Shown: positions 1-10,203 of the stretch, in pieces
Position numbering within the stretch: the first letter of the stretch is position 1
Layout: every line of letters starts with the position of its first letter
DNA from: Litorimonas sp. WD9-15
GTDB lineage: Bacteria > Pseudomonadota > Alphaproteobacteria > Caulobacterales > Maricaulaceae
Reading direction: 5' to 3'
Length of the DNA stretch: 64,000 nt
Assembly: GCF_050271975.1 (NCBI RefSeq)
Contig: NZ_CP189850.1
Span: forward strand, 2,282,551-2,346,550
The notes under the pieces: model-generated
Databases searched by the model: none
The model's input: only the letters and a program-made list of their open reading frames with translations
What the model was told of the DNA's origin: nothing
Program-made: the position numbers and the translations under genes

Positions 1-204
1 CACTCCAATTGTATAGCCTTTCAAACGATCGCCGCGTCCTTCCAATGTTTCCTCGACGACAAAGCGCAGGAAACGTTTCATGCGGGTTGTATCTCGGAAA
101 AGGGCGTCTTCGCAGATAAGTTCTAAGGCCTGCCTGACGAGAACCGCTTGCGCATCTTCATCAGGACCGGGCATGGCAGTCATAGCTGACATTGCAGCAG
201 ACAT
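1..204 (-). CDS. partial CDS (N-terminal 68 aa, runs off window start); hypothetical, possibly N-terminus of a regulator/cyclase-type protein
   Basis: Reverse-strand reading from ATG at 202-204 (preceded by AGGAG RBS) gives MSAAMSAMTAMPGPDEDAQAVLVRQALELICEDALFRDTTRMKRFLRFVVEETLEGRGDRLKGYTIGV with no stop before window edge. Confidence 0.3.
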   Translation of the reverse strand, partial: MSAAMSAMTAMPGPDEDAQAVLVRQALELICEDALFRDTTRMKRFLRFVVEETLEGRGDRLKGYTIGV

Positions 205-355
205 AGCGCTCCTAAATCCCACATTATTTGAATGGAGGCCTACGCGTGTAATCTCCGACTTGCAACAGATCGACTGGGTAAAATTGTCCCGATTCTGATT
301 TGTTGTTCAATATCGTGGGCTTGCTACGTCGGCATGTCCGACATAACAGAGCGTT

Positions 356-814
356 ATGAACTCTATTTCGAAAATTGCCGCGCTCTCGATCCTGCCGATT
401 ATGATCTCGGCCTGTGCCTCAACGCCCAATCCGGCCAAGGTCTGCACGGCGGAATGGATTGCCCCGCGCGCCGACCGCGCCGTCGAGCGAATCGAGAAGA
501 AAGCGTCTCGGGCCATCAAGACTTTGGCGGCGGCCTCCCAAACGCTAGCAGAGGGCAAAACGCCCGGCTTGTTCCAATCGCTTGCGGCGTCCCGCGCATT
601 GGGGAGCCTTGAGAAAGAATTGAAAAACGGCAAGGGTATTCAGGATCTTCGAACAGTTGCGAAAACCTGCAATGATCCGGAAATTATCTCCGATGGCATG
701 CGGAGCTTGCTTGAGCGTCAGGGCGTGTCCGACAGTTTTATCTCTCAAATCGAATCCTTCGGAATATATCAGGACCTGATCTCCGGGATCGCCGAACCAG
801 AGACGTCTTCATAA
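356..814 (+). CDS. hypothetical secreted lipoprotein (lipobox ...MISAC)
   Basis: 152-aa ORF, N-terminal signal peptide MNSISKIAALSILPIMISACAST with Cys lipobox; helical low-complexity remainder. Confidence 0.5.
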   Translation: MNSISKIAALSILPIMISACASTPNPAKVCTAEWIAPRADRAVERIEKKASRAIKTLAAASQTLAEGKTPGLFQSLAASRALGSLEKELKNGKGIQDLRTVAKTCNDPEIISDGMRSLLERQGVSDSFISQIESFGIYQDLISGIAEPETSS

Positions 815-872
815 AGCCTCGCGACAGTGTCCTCGCCTTGACCGCGGGGCGCTCTGAAATTAGGTCGCGCTC

Positions 873-1784
873 ATGACCTATCACGTCGCAGCCCTGTACC
901 AATTTACGTCTCTCCCCGATTACGTCGCCTTGCGCCCGATCTTACAGGATATGTGCGACCTGTTGGAGATCAAGGGGACAATCCTTTTGGCCTCTGAGGG
1001 CATAAACGGTACGGTTGCTGGCTCAGAAAAATCCATCACGGATATGCTCGCATTCCTGCGCGCCGATCCGAGACTCGCTGATCTCGAAGCCAAATTCTCC
1101 ACGGCCAAGGACCAACCCTTTCATCGGATGAAAGTGCGTTTGAAGAAAGAGATCGTGACGATGGGCGTGGACGGGATTGACCCGAACGAGACCGTCGGGA
1201 CCTATGTCGATCCTGCCGATTGGAACGCGCTGATAAGCGATCCCAACACTATCTTGATCGACACACGCAATGATTATGAAGTCGAGATCGGCACATTTAA
1301 AGGCGCCGTCAATCCTGAAACAGAAACCTTCCGCGAGTTCCCCGCTTGGGTCGAAGCCAATCGCGACAACCTAAACAAGCCTAAAGTCGCCATGTTCTGC
1401 ACGGGCGGTATCCGTTGCGAGAAGGCCTCGTCCTTTATGAAACAAAACGGCTTTGACGATGTCTATCATCTCAAGGGCGGCATCCTGAAATATCTTGAAA
1501 CCCAGCCACAATCCGAAAGCCTGTGGGAAGGCGATTGTTTCGTGTTCGACCAGCGAGTCGCCGTTACACATGGCTTGGAAGAGAGCGAATATAACCAGTG
1601 CTTTGCCTGCCGCCGCCCGCTCCTGCCCGAAGATATGGACCGTCCCGAGTATCTTCTCGGCGTATCGTGCCATCGCTGTCACGCAGAGATGAGCGACGAC
1701 CAGAAAGCCCGCTTTGCAGAGCGGCAAAAGCAGATTGCCCTCGCCAAATCGCGCGGGGAAGACCATATCGGGCGCAAGGCATGA
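873..1784 (+). CDS. trhO: rhodanese-domain protein, UPF0176/YceA family (tRNA uridine-34 hydroxylase TrhO)
   Basis: 303 aa; N-terminal [10 protein letters not shown]...ASEGINGT signature of YceA family, central rhodanese fold with [10 protein letters not shown] active-site Cys, C-terminal CxxC...CxxC. Confidence 0.8.
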   Translation: MTYHVAALYQFTSLPDYVALRPILQDMCDLLEIKGTILLASEGINGTVAGSEKSITDMLAFLRADPRLADLEAKFSTAKDQPFHRMKVRLKKEIVTMGVDGIDPNETVGTYVDPADWNALISDPNTILIDTRNDYEVEIGTFKGAVNPETETFREFPAWVEANRDNLNKPKVAMFCTGGIRCEKASSFMKQNGFDDVYHLKGGILKYLETQPQSESLWEGDCFVFDQRVAVTHGLEESEYNQCFACRRPLLPEDMDRPEYLLGVSCHRCHAEMSDDQKARFAERQKQIALAKSRGEDHIGRKA

Positions 1785-2386
1785 GCGGACATATTCTCTA
1801 TTCTTTCCGCCGCTGCCCCTATGCGATGCGGGCGCGGATGGCGCTCTATCTCGCGGGAACGGAATATGAGCACCGCGAAGTCAGCCTGCGCGACAAGCCC
1901 GAGGCCATGTTGGAGGCCTCACCCAAAGGGTCTGTTCCTGTTTTCATGACGTCCAATGAAGAGGTCATTGATCAAAGCCTCGATATTCTCCGCTGGGCAA
2001 TACCTGATGCCGCCCTGAAGATGGAATTTGTCGCGCAAATAGACGGCCCGTTCAAACACCATCTGGACCGTTATAAATATGCATCGCGCTATGACGAAAC
2101 AGCGAAACGCGGCGATGTCGACCTCGGCCACCGCGCGGAAGCTGTTGAAATATTGCAACCTTTCGAACGGACTTTGGAAATACAGACCTTTCTCTCGGGC
2201 GCCGATATGGGTCCCACAGACATCGCGACATTTCCCTTCATCCGCCAATTTGCAGCTGTCGAGCCCGATTGGTGGTCGAACGAGTCAGGACTTCCCAAGA
2301 TGCGGGATTGGCTGAAAAACTGCATCACATCCGATCTGTTCAAAGCGATCATGGAGAAATATCCCCTCTGGTCGCCGCCGGAATGA
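1782..2386 (+). CDS. glutathione S-transferase N-terminal-domain family protein (glutaredoxin-2-like)
   Basis: ATG at 1782 overlaps trhO stop (ATGA); [22 protein letters not shown] thioredoxin-fold start typical of GST_N/Grx2-like proteins. Confidence 0.65.
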
Positions 2387-2542
2387 CACGGCCTCTCCCG
2401 TCAGCCTGTTGAGATTAAGAGTATAGTCACTGATAAGCGGACCGATTTGCGGTTATCAACACGCAGGGACACAATCCATCTTGCCAGCCCCCACCACATC
2501 CATAGCCTATCCTTAAAGAGACAAGTGATTCATTGGACCCTG

Positions 2543-3076
2543 ATGTCATACGCTGACCAACGTCAAATTCGCCCCAACCCGACATTGTCGAGTGCTGTGG
2601 GCCTGCGCCAAAATCCGCTGGATGTGTTTACACGCATCTGCCTGGCCGAAGGTTATGACAATGAGCGTATGGATATAAACGAGCTTCACATCACCCTGCC
2701 CGGCCTGTGGTGCGAGCATGATGTGTCCCTGAGCTGGAATCCGGCCACAGAGCAGGTTCAGGTCTTTCTTGTTTTTGATGGTAAACTTCCGGGTGGACGG
2801 TCTGATGATATTTGTCGTCTGATGAGCTTGTTGAATGAACGGCTCGTCTCCGGACACTTTGATTATTGGGACAAGACACGCTGCCTCGTTTATCGCGATT
2901 CGGTCTCCCTGCGTGGCGGTGCGAAACTTGGGCTAGAACAAGGTTTAGACCTTCTCTCTCTCGCCCTGGATGCGGCGGAGCGCGGCTATCCGGCTTGCCA
3001 ATATGTGACATGGGCGGGCAAATCACCGGAAGATGCCCTCACCTCTGCCCTCGTTGACTTGGCGGCAAATCCGTAA
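2543..3076 (+). CDS. YbjN-domain protein (putative sensory transduction regulator family)
   Basis: 177 aa from internal Met MSYADQ; pattern of YbjN family; stop overlaps proC start. Confidence 0.5.
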   Translation: MSYADQRQIRPNPTLSSAVGLRQNPLDVFTRICLAEGYDNERMDINELHITLPGLWCEHDVSLSWNPATEQVQVFLVFDGKLPGGRSDDICRLMSLLNERLVSGHFDYWDKTRCLVYRDSVSLRGGAKLGLEQGLDLLSLALDAAERGYPACQYVTWAGKSPEDALTSALVDLAANP

Positions 3077-3885
3077 TGGCGCAGACACACCTTCTCATCG
3101 GCGCGGGGAAGATGGGCGGCGCACTACTTAAGGGCTGGCTTGAATCCGGATTGGTGTCCCGACGCAATCTGTGCATCCTTGACCCAAACCCCGGGACGGA
3201 GGCCGTTTACGCAATTGAGAAAGGCGCGAAGCATCTTCACGCGCCCCAAGATATCCCGAAATCTGTCAGGACTGTCCTGCTTGGGATTAAGCCGCAAATA
3301 TTTGAACAGCTAGGCCCTGAACTCGGCGAAAGCTTGCCTGAGAAAGCGATTATTGTTTCGATTCTTGCGGGAACAAGCCTTCGGACCCTCCGCAAACACC
3401 TGGGTGAGCGTACAATTATCCGTGTCATGCCCAATACACCCGCCGCAATTGGCGCCGGTATAAGCGCTATGTTCGCCGATCCAACTGTTTCGGAAGAACA
3501 TCTGGATCTCACTGAAGCCCTTCTCACCGCAGGTAGCAAGGTCGTACGCGTTGAAAGCGAATCCGCACTCAATGCCGTTACAGCCGTGTCCGGTTCCGGT
3601 CCTGCTTATGTTTTTCACCTCGTCGAAACACTCGAAGCCGCCGCCCGCGATCTGGGATTGCCCAAAGAAATCGCCGCAGAACTGGCGCGCGAGACGATCA
3701 TCGGCTCCGCCAAATTACTGGAGGACAGCTCTGAAACGCCGGGCACGCTTCGAAAGAACGTCACCTCCCCTAATGGCACGACACAGGCAGCCTTGGACGA
3801 GCTTATGTCGGAAAACGGCCTTTCCCGTTTGATGCTGCAGGCCGTGCGCGCCGCCTTTGCGCGGGCGAAGGAATTGGCAGGCTGA
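3076..3885 (+). CDS. proC: pyrroline-5-carboxylate reductase
   Basis: 269 aa; N-terminal Rossmann LIGAGKMGGALLKGW and ProC-typical SGSGPAY...NVTSPNGTT motifs. Confidence 0.9.
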   Translation: MAQTHLLIGAGKMGGALLKGWLESGLVSRRNLCILDPNPGTEAVYAIEKGAKHLHAPQDIPKSVRTVLLGIKPQIFEQLGPELGESLPEKAIIVSILAGTSLRTLRKHLGERTIIRVMPNTPAAIGAGISAMFADPTVSEEHLDLTEALLTAGSKVVRVESESALNAVTAVSGSGPAYVFHLVETLEAAARDLGLPKEIAAELARETIIGSAKLLEDSSETPGTLRKNVTSPNGTTQAALDELMSENGLSRLMLQAVRAAFARAKELAG

Positions 3886-5190
3886 TTAAAGCGGTAATCT
3901 CAGCGTCGCCCGAAGCCCACCTTTCGGACTATCCGCCAACAGGATCGTCCCGCCATGCAATTGCGCGATATCCTGCGCGATGGACAGGCCCAGACCGATG
4001 CCCTCGATATTCTGGTTCCGCGCTCCGTCCAATCGCTGGAAAGCCTTGAAGACCTCACTACGTTGTTCAATAGGAATTCCTGGACCGTCATCCTCGACGT
4101 GAAACATCAGGAAATCTTCCGTGTCTTCAATGCGTAAATCCACATTCGACCCATATTTCCGCGCATTATTGATGAGATTCCCGAGCGACCGCCGCAACAT
4201 AACTGGACGAATTGAAATATCCCGATCTTCAAAATCAGACACCTCAACATCGTCCCTTCCTTTCATTGTTTGCGTAACGAAATCAGCTAATCGCACAGTG
4301 TCTGGCTTTTCCGTCCCCATGCCCCGCGCAAAGTCGAGATAGCCCGTCAGCATGGCCTCCATCTCGTCGACATCCCGCCGAGCTGCGCGCGTATCTTCCG
4401 TATCATCCTGCATGGCGAGTTGGAGTTTGAGCCGCGTCAGAGGCGTCCTTAGGTCATGCGACACGCCTGCCAGCATGAGGGTCCGCTGCTCTAAATGCCG
4501 TCTGATCCGGCTTCGCATTTTGAGGAAAGACTGTCCTGCCATACGCACCTCTGACGCTCCACGCGGCTTAAAATCGGAAATATCCTGCCCCTTACCAAAG
4601 CTCGTCGCAGCATCCGCGAGTTCTTTAATCGGGTCTGACTGCCGCCGAATGAATAAAATTGAGATGAGCGAGAGTAGGACCGTCGCGGTAATCAGCCAGA
4701 AGATGAAGACGTATCCCGTCGGCGCAAAGACCCGTTCCCGCGCCGCAATAAATCGCAAGACACCTTGATCGACCTTCACCTGAATATCGACGTGATTGGG
4801 ATAACGCGTCGTGTCGAACCAGAACGGTTCATCCAATGTCTCGTTCAGGGATCGGCGGAGCGTCTTATCCAGCGTGGAGAAAAACGCATTTCGATTAGAT
4901 GTTGGCAGAAGCTCATCCGGGCGAAGCACCACGGAGAGCTCCATATCCGGCCGCAGCAGCGCGTCCAGTGACTTCGCATTTTCATCTGTCGGGTCTTGCT
5001 GGAATAGCTGCACCGCCACCGCGACATCCGCCGCGACAGAATCGGACAGGTTCGATGTCACCCGCGCCCAATGCGCGTTGAAGAAGAACCAGGCCACCGC
5101 CATTTGCATGACGACAATCGGCAGGATGATAATCAGAAAAGCGCGCCAGAAGATCGACTTTGGCAGGATATTTCGTAAGCTCGGTTTCAC
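3886..5190 (-). CDS. sensor histidine kinase, EnvZ-like (2 TM, HAMP, HisKA, HATPase_c)
   Basis: 434 aa; H-box LAGVSHDLRTPLTRLKLQLAM closely resembling EnvZ, G-boxes DDGPGIP and GIGLGLSI; 4-bp gap to downstream response regulator. Confidence 0.85.
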   Translation of the reverse strand: MKPSLRNILPKSIFWRAFLIIILPIVVMQMAVAWFFFNAHWARVTSNLSDSVAADVAVAVQLFQQDPTDENAKSLDALLRPDMELSVVLRPDELLPTSNRNAFFSTLDKTLRRSLNETLDEPFWFDTTRYPNHVDIQVKVDQGVLRFIAARERVFAPTGYVFIFWLITATVLLSLISILFIRRQSDPIKELADAATSFGKGQDISDFKPRGASEVRMAGQSFLKMRSRIRRHLEQRTLMLAGVSHDLRTPLTRLKLQLAMQDDTEDTRAARRDVDEMEAMLTGYLDFARGMGTEKPDTVRLADFVTQTMKGRDDVEVSDFEDRDISIRPVMLRRSLGNLINNARKYGSNVDLRIEDTEDFLMFHVEDDGPGIPIEQRSEVFKAFQRLDGARNQNIEGIGLGLSIAQDIAQLHGGTILLADSPKGGLRATLRLPL

Positions 5191-5193
5191 AAC

Positions 5194-5892
5194 TTACGCA
5201 ACATCAGAGACGAGGCGATACCCCTCGCCCCGCACTGTGAGAAGATACTGCGGCTCGGACGGATCATTTTCCAGTTTCCGGCGCAGGCGTGTCATCTGCA
5301 CATCAACGGCTCGTTCCGATTGCGCTTTTATATTCTCGGACAGAATGTAGCGCGAAACGACCGCTCCCGATTGCCCAGCCAGCAAAGCGAGCAAGGTCTG
5401 TTCCCCCGTCGTCAGCCGCATTTGCTTTCCATTTTTGCGCAGCAATCCCTTCGCAAGATCAAATTCATACGGCCCAAAAACGACCTTATCCGTTGTCAGT
5501 TCTCTCCCCGTCCGGCGGAAAATATTATCGATGCGCAGTAGCAATTCCTCCGGCTCGAACGGCTTGGGCAGATAATCATCCGCGCCGGACCGCAGACCTG
5601 CAATCCGCTGTTCTGCCTCGCCCAAAGCCGTCAGCAGGATAATCGGCACATCGTGATGTTCCCGCAATGATTTGGTCAGGGACAAGCCGTCCTCCCCCGG
5701 CATCATAATATCCAAAATCAGCAGGTCATATTTCAGACCCTGCATTTTCAATCGCGCTTCATCGGCACTGCCGGCTGTACTCGCACGGTAACCCTGCTTG
5801 ATGAGGTAGCGGGACAGCAAGTCACGGATCCGGTCATCATCATCGACAATCAGGACATGCGTGTCGGAACGATCCAAATATGTGGTACTCAT
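5194..5892 (-). CDS. OmpR-family response regulator (receiver + winged-helix)
   Basis: Start set at internal Met MSTTYL (upstream extension lacks homology); VLIVDDDDRIRDLL...LDIMMPGEDGLSL and C-terminal LLTVRGEGYRL match OmpR. Confidence 0.9.
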   Translation of the reverse strand: MSTTYLDRSDTHVLIVDDDDRIRDLLSRYLIKQGYRASTAGSADEARLKMQGLKYDLLILDIMMPGEDGLSLTKSLREHHDVPIILLTALGEAEQRIAGLRSGADDYLPKPFEPEELLLRIDNIFRRTGRELTTDKVVFGPYEFDLAKGLLRKNGKQMRLTTGEQTLLALLAGQSGAVVSRYILSENIKAQSERAVDVQMTRLRRKLENDPSEPQYLLTVRGEGYRLVSDVA

Positions 5893-6017
5893 CCGTGCAA
5901 CTCCCCAAAATTCGCATATATTTTTCTTGGCATAGACGATAGATGACTTGTAACGAAGACGCTTGCAAGACTGGCGGGCTTCACGGCTTGCTTCATGTTG
6001 GAAAGACGAGAGAGACA

Positions 6018-6896
6018 ATGATCGAGAAAGCTTATCATGACCGCGACGGCGAAATTTGGCTGGACGGGAATTTTGTGGATTGGCGCGAGACAAAAATTCA
6101 CGTCTTGACGCATTCGCTGCATTATGGGTCCTGCGTATTTGAAGGCAATCGCGCATATGGCGGGAAGATTTTCCGCCTGTCTGACCATAGCCAGCGCCTC
6201 ATCAATTCGGCCAATCTCCTCGGCTATGAAATTCCTTATACGCGGGATGAAATTGACCAAGCCTGTCTCGACACATTGGCGAAGACGGGGTTGGACGATG
6301 CCTATCTCCGCCCCTTTGCGTGGCGTGGATCGAATATGATGGGTGTCGCCTCCAAAAACAATCAGATCCATTTCGGCGTGGCCGCTTGGCATTGGGGTAG
6401 TTATTTTGAGGACAAGATGAAGGGCATCCGTCTCTGTATTTCGGATTGGATTCGTCCTGACCCGCGCTCTGCACCCTGTAAATCCAAGGCCGCCGGCCTC
6501 TATATGATCTGCACCCTTGCCAAGGATAAGGCCGCCGCCACGGGCTGGGATGACGCCCTGATGTATGATTTCAAAGGCCGTGTTGCCGAATGTACAGGTG
6601 CGCATATTTTCTTTGTCCGAAACGGCGAATTGCATACCCCGACCAATGATATCCTCCTTGAAGGTATCACCCATGACACGGTCATCAAACTGGCCGAAAA
6701 GCGGGGCATTAAAGTGCATAAGCGCGATATCCATCCGTCTGAAATGCCGCATTTCGAAGAGTGTTTCGTCGTCGGCACCGCCGCCGAAGTAACGCCCGTG
6801 CGCGAAATTGACGGGATGCATTACGTGGTTGGCGAGACCACAAAGACCCTTGCCACGGATTATGATGATTGCGTCCGAGGTAAGATAGCGATTTAA
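6018..6896 (+). CDS. ilvE: branched-chain-amino-acid aminotransferase
   Basis: Start at MIEKAYHDRDGEIWLDG; fold-type IV PLP aminotransferase pattern (SKAAGLYM...ECTGAHIFFV..GITHDTV) characteristic of IlvE. Confidence 0.9.
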   Translation: MIEKAYHDRDGEIWLDGNFVDWRETKIHVLTHSLHYGSCVFEGNRAYGGKIFRLSDHSQRLINSANLLGYEIPYTRDEIDQACLDTLAKTGLDDAYLRPFAWRGSNMMGVASKNNQIHFGVAAWHWGSYFEDKMKGIRLCISDWIRPDPRSAPCKSKAAGLYMICTLAKDKAAATGWDDALMYDFKGRVAECTGAHIFFVRNGELHTPTNDILLEGITHDTVIKLAEKRGIKVHKRDIHPSEMPHFEECFVVGTAAEVTPVREIDGMHYVVGETTKTLATDYDDCVRGKIAI

Positions 6897-7289
6897 CCAA
6901 GCGGAACCTGCGACCGCCCATCTTGGAGTCAGCATTGGCGTATTTTCCCTGAAAATGGGACTGTCCGCGCGGTGGCATCCGGAATGGAGACCAAAGTTCT
7001 AAGTGTTTTATCCGAATGTCCAGCGCATGAGAGTGTGAAATGGGTCGGCGATACCGTTACGTTTCCAAATCTCGAACCCCACCATTTCCAAGCGGCGAAG
7101 TCCTGACGCTGTGTACATATGGCTTACGCCATTTGTACTACCACGCGGCGGTGCGGCTCCAACGGCGGCCTTACTTGACTGCGGGTGTCACAACCCGTCA
7201 GGCGCTCGCGGCTGGGCCCCTCAACCCGGATGTCAAACCGAGCCAATAGGCACACCCTCTCTCAAACCGGCAGATGACGTCCTACCTGT

Positions 7290-7330
7290 CCCGTGTCTGA
7301 AAGAACGAGTGTTAATATGACACGGGTTTT
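7290..7330 (+). terminator. candidate intrinsic terminator hairpin (tcccgtgtc ... gacacggg + TTTT)
   Basis: 9-bp GC-rich inverted repeat followed by T-run at end of a 430-nt ORF-poor region downstream of ilvE. Confidence 0.4.
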
Positions 7331-7459
7331 ATAAGTGGGGATTATGTTTTTTATAAATGCGGGGTTGGGGCATATTTCACTCCTTAAAACCCACAACAAC
7401 ACTGCTGTTCTACAAATTTAAAATGCAGGTCGCTTGCATATCATATGTATGCATATTAA

Positions 7460-7987
7460 ATGATCGATATGATTACAAAGCATGATGATTTGCTGGGAAC
7501 CCTTATTCATGATGTGGCGCATCTTTTGCGTCTCAATATTGATAGACGTCTCGAAAGCCATAACCTGACACGCGTGAAATGGCTCGCATTGGGCGTACTC
7601 TACCATAAGGACGCAACGACACAGTCTGAACTCGCAAGTGCGATGGAACTGGGGACGGCCTCAGTTGGGCGGCTCGTCGATAGGCTTGTCGTCAGGGGAT
7701 TCGTTGAACGTCGGCAGGATCCAGAAGATCGTCGGGCCTATCGCCTCTTTCTTACCCAAACAGCCTTGGCTCTCTTAGAAGAACTTGAGGATATTGGGGT
7801 AGAGCTAAGGGAAGAAACGCTGCAATCCTTATCTGATCAGGATATCGGAACGCTCAACTCAGGTCTTTTGAAAATAAAATCGAACCTTCAATCCCTGTCT
7901 ACAACTCTGATTGTTGCCACCGGATTCTTCGTTCACAAAACATCAACTTATTCTTATGCGGTCACAGATTTGGCCGGATCAATCTAA
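7460..7987 (+). CDS. MarR-family transcriptional regulator
   Basis: 175 aa; winged-helix segment LTRVKWLALGVLYHKDATTQSELASAMELGTASVGRLVDRLVVRGFVERRQDPEDRRAYRLFLT is a canonical MarR fold; AT-rich promoter region upstream. Confidence 0.8.
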   Translation: MIDMITKHDDLLGTLIHDVAHLLRLNIDRRLESHNLTRVKWLALGVLYHKDATTQSELASAMELGTASVGRLVDRLVVRGFVERRQDPEDRRAYRLFLTQTALALLEELEDIGVELREETLQSLSDQDIGTLNSGLLKIKSNLQSLSTTLIVATGFFVHKTSTYSYAVTDLAGSI

Positions 7988-8071
7988 AGGGCGCACCACA
8001 GGAATTAAGAGACCTCATCGTCACGCCTATCAATTAACTCGCTTCGGCGATCTATCAATCAGGAATACAAA

Positions 8072-8296
8072 ATGAAAATTTACATTAGCGCTTTTGTGGG
8101 TGCCCTCTTTTTAATGCTCATGGCCGGTTTATTGGTAGAGGGCGTCGTCTGGGCTATTTTGTCAGCCTTCCATGCCTCTAAAACGGTATTGTTGACGGCC
8201 GAGGCTTTCATGCTCGCCCCTCTTCTCGTCATGTTTGGATTTACGTTTAAATCCACACTCTCCACAGAAAGAGAACTGGCCGAACAGGGATATTAG
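8072..8296 (+). CDS. small hypothetical membrane protein (2 predicted TM helices)
   Basis: 74-aa ORF with two hydrophobic stretches; RBS-like aggaat upstream; no recognisable family. Confidence 0.3.
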   Translation: MKIYISAFVGALFLMLMAGLLVEGVVWAILSAFHASKTVLLTAEAFMLAPLLVMFGFTFKSTLSTERELAEQGY

Positions 8297-8423
8297 ATTG
8301 GGCAGAGGAGAATTTCTGGCAGCACATATTTATTAACAGCGCTGACGCGACGTTGATAAATATCAAATCAAACTCAATAAGACTGACACCCACGCACTGT
8401 AAAAGCGCGTGGGAGATTACAGA

Positions 8424-9983
8424 TCAGGTCAGATCGCATTGCCCTGAGAAGTTCGGCTCCATCAACTTAACCCGATTATACAGGCTGAACTTATCCCTAT
8501 TCGGATCTGTTTCAGCTTGTTTTTTCGCCGTTTTAAAATACTCGCAAGCGCGAATTGTTTTACCGGATTTCATGAGAATATTTGAGAGATCCAGGGTCCC
8601 GCTGACACTGTTAGAGTCCCAATAAACGTCCTCATACACTTCCGCCGCATAGGTCGCCACAGGCGTGACAGGAATGTCGGACGCGCCGTAAATCGACATC
8701 ATGTGAGAGACCGCTGTGTAATCCTCGTCATTCTCAAGTAATGCAGCCTCAAAATATTGGATGGATTTTTTCATGTCATCATTCAATTCGAAAATGCGCG
8801 GTTCCGTGTCTTCCAAATCTTCGAATTTCAAATCATGGGATTTATGAAAATAGACATCCCCCATAACGCGTAGAGGCTCAATTCCGTCCGGGTCCTGCGA
8901 CAGCGCGGCTTGTGAGTATAAGACCGCTTGATCAAAGTCCTGTGCGTTGATGAAATAAGTGGCCCGCGCCGCAAGAGACTCCGCCGTCTGGCCGTTCTTT
9001 TTCTCAAATACGTTCAGCTTTTTACCATAGTCATTCATAGTCTTTTTATTGACAAATGAGCGCTGCCCCAATGCCATTTGCAAATTGAGCTCGGCTTTTG
9101 ACAAGCGTGTCGACTTCATATTCACAGCCATAAATTCAGCCTTGGGCTGGAATTGTTGCACATTAAATCGATCATCCTCGAAATAATCACGCGCCGCTTC
9201 GTGGAATTCCTGAGGGGTTATTCCAAATCCTTCCTCAAAAGCTTTGATAGGTTCTTCGCCGGAATTTATAAGTTCGAGATAGTAACCCAAACGACTTGAT
9301 AGCTCTTTTTCAGAATGCAGGTAATGCACGTAGAGCCAGCTTTGCGCATAAAATTGGTTAAGTAATAGACCGCGTTTGGAGCCTTTATCAGCAAAAGGAT
9401 AAACGCGAATGGCGCTGATTACATCTTCAACATCTACCCAATCCGGCCCGCCCCGCATCAAACCTCTGGCATGTTTTGCCGCCGCTCGGCCAACCATTAA
9501 TGTGCCGTCCCGCATCGTAAAGGTTGAAAGATAATTGGCATGACCTTCATCATACCAACGCGGATAGGCCGTATCCATGTAACCATGCAAAACGTGATGG
9601 CTATATTCATGAAGCGCGACTTGGTTTGTGAAACTATTCTGCTTTTTACTATCGGCCAATGGCGTCAACATGATTGGGCCGTCATAACCCTGTGTGTAGA
9701 GTCCTGCGATGCCACGCGTTCCCGTAAATTTGCTTAAGCCAGAATCGGAATCAAATGCATAAATCGTGAGTTTCTTGCGGTCCGGTGTTGGCTTCACACC
9801 CCCAAGTGTCATGATAAGCTTGCGGTAAACTTCCATCTTCTCGACGGTCTGCTTTGCCTGGTTCAGTTTGACGTCGCCATATAAGACGATATTTTCAGAC
9901 TCTACCTTTAACGGGTCCGCATAGGCCGTTGAGGTCATCAATAAAATTGAACTGCTAATCCCAACTAAAAGCTTTTTCATCAT
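8424..9983 (-). CDS. secreted putative zinc metallopeptidase (HExxH) with C-terminal TPR-like helical repeats
   Basis: 519 aa; signal peptide MMKKLLVGISSSILLMTSTAYA; HEYSHHVLH motif; repeated helical/TPR-like C-terminus. Confidence 0.55.
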   Translation of the reverse strand: MMKKLLVGISSSILLMTSTAYADPLKVESENIVLYGDVKLNQAKQTVEKMEVYRKLIMTLGGVKPTPDRKKLTIYAFDSDSGLSKFTGTRGIAGLYTQGYDGPIMLTPLADSKKQNSFTNQVALHEYSHHVLHGYMDTAYPRWYDEGHANYLSTFTMRDGTLMVGRAAAKHARGLMRGGPDWVDVEDVISAIRVYPFADKGSKRGLLLNQFYAQSWLYVHYLHSEKELSSRLGYYLELINSGEEPIKAFEEGFGITPQEFHEAARDYFEDDRFNVQQFQPKAEFMAVNMKSTRLSKAELNLQMALGQRSFVNKKTMNDYGKKLNVFEKKNGQTAESLAARATYFINAQDFDQAVLYSQAALSQDPDGIEPLRVMGDVYFHKSHDLKFEDLEDTEPRIFELNDDMKKSIQYFEAALLENDEDYTAVSHMMSIYGASDIPVTPVATYAAEVYEDVYWDSNSVSGTLDLSNILMKSGKTIRACEYFKTAKKQAETDPNRDKFSLYNRVKLMEPNFSGQCDLT

Positions 9984-10203
9984 GACAGGTCCCTTAAATA
10001 ATCTTTAGAGAAGCTTCAAACGTTGAGCGTGCTTGGTCAAGAGTGATTTCCCGGATGTTCCTGAGAAAATACATCTCGGTGAACAGACTATAATGTTTAA
10101 TGAACGTATTGAATGATCACGCACAGCCGTTCAAAACGCCGAATTCTATGGCCTGATAAAGCTGTTTAAAAAAGCGAATCTACTCAAATTTATATGGGCG
10201 CAG

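Noticed and set aside
80-298. 72-aa plus-strand ORF at window start
   Set aside because: Overlaps the better-supported minus-strand partial CDS (1..204) with RBS; no start context.
5889-6935. 348-aa ORF on minus strand
   Set aside because: Completely antisense to ilvE (a clear IlvE homologue on the plus strand); no family features. Frame artefact.
6940-7330. Considered tmRNA, RNase P RNA, 6S RNA or a cobalamin riboswitch in the ORF-poor region
   Set aside because: None of the hallmark conserved boxes is present (tmRNA tag-peptide reading frame/tRNA-like end, RNase P GGAAAGTCCGGGCTCC and AGGGTGAAA...GGTGCGGTAAGAGCGCACC boxes, B12 box), so no named RNA family is called.
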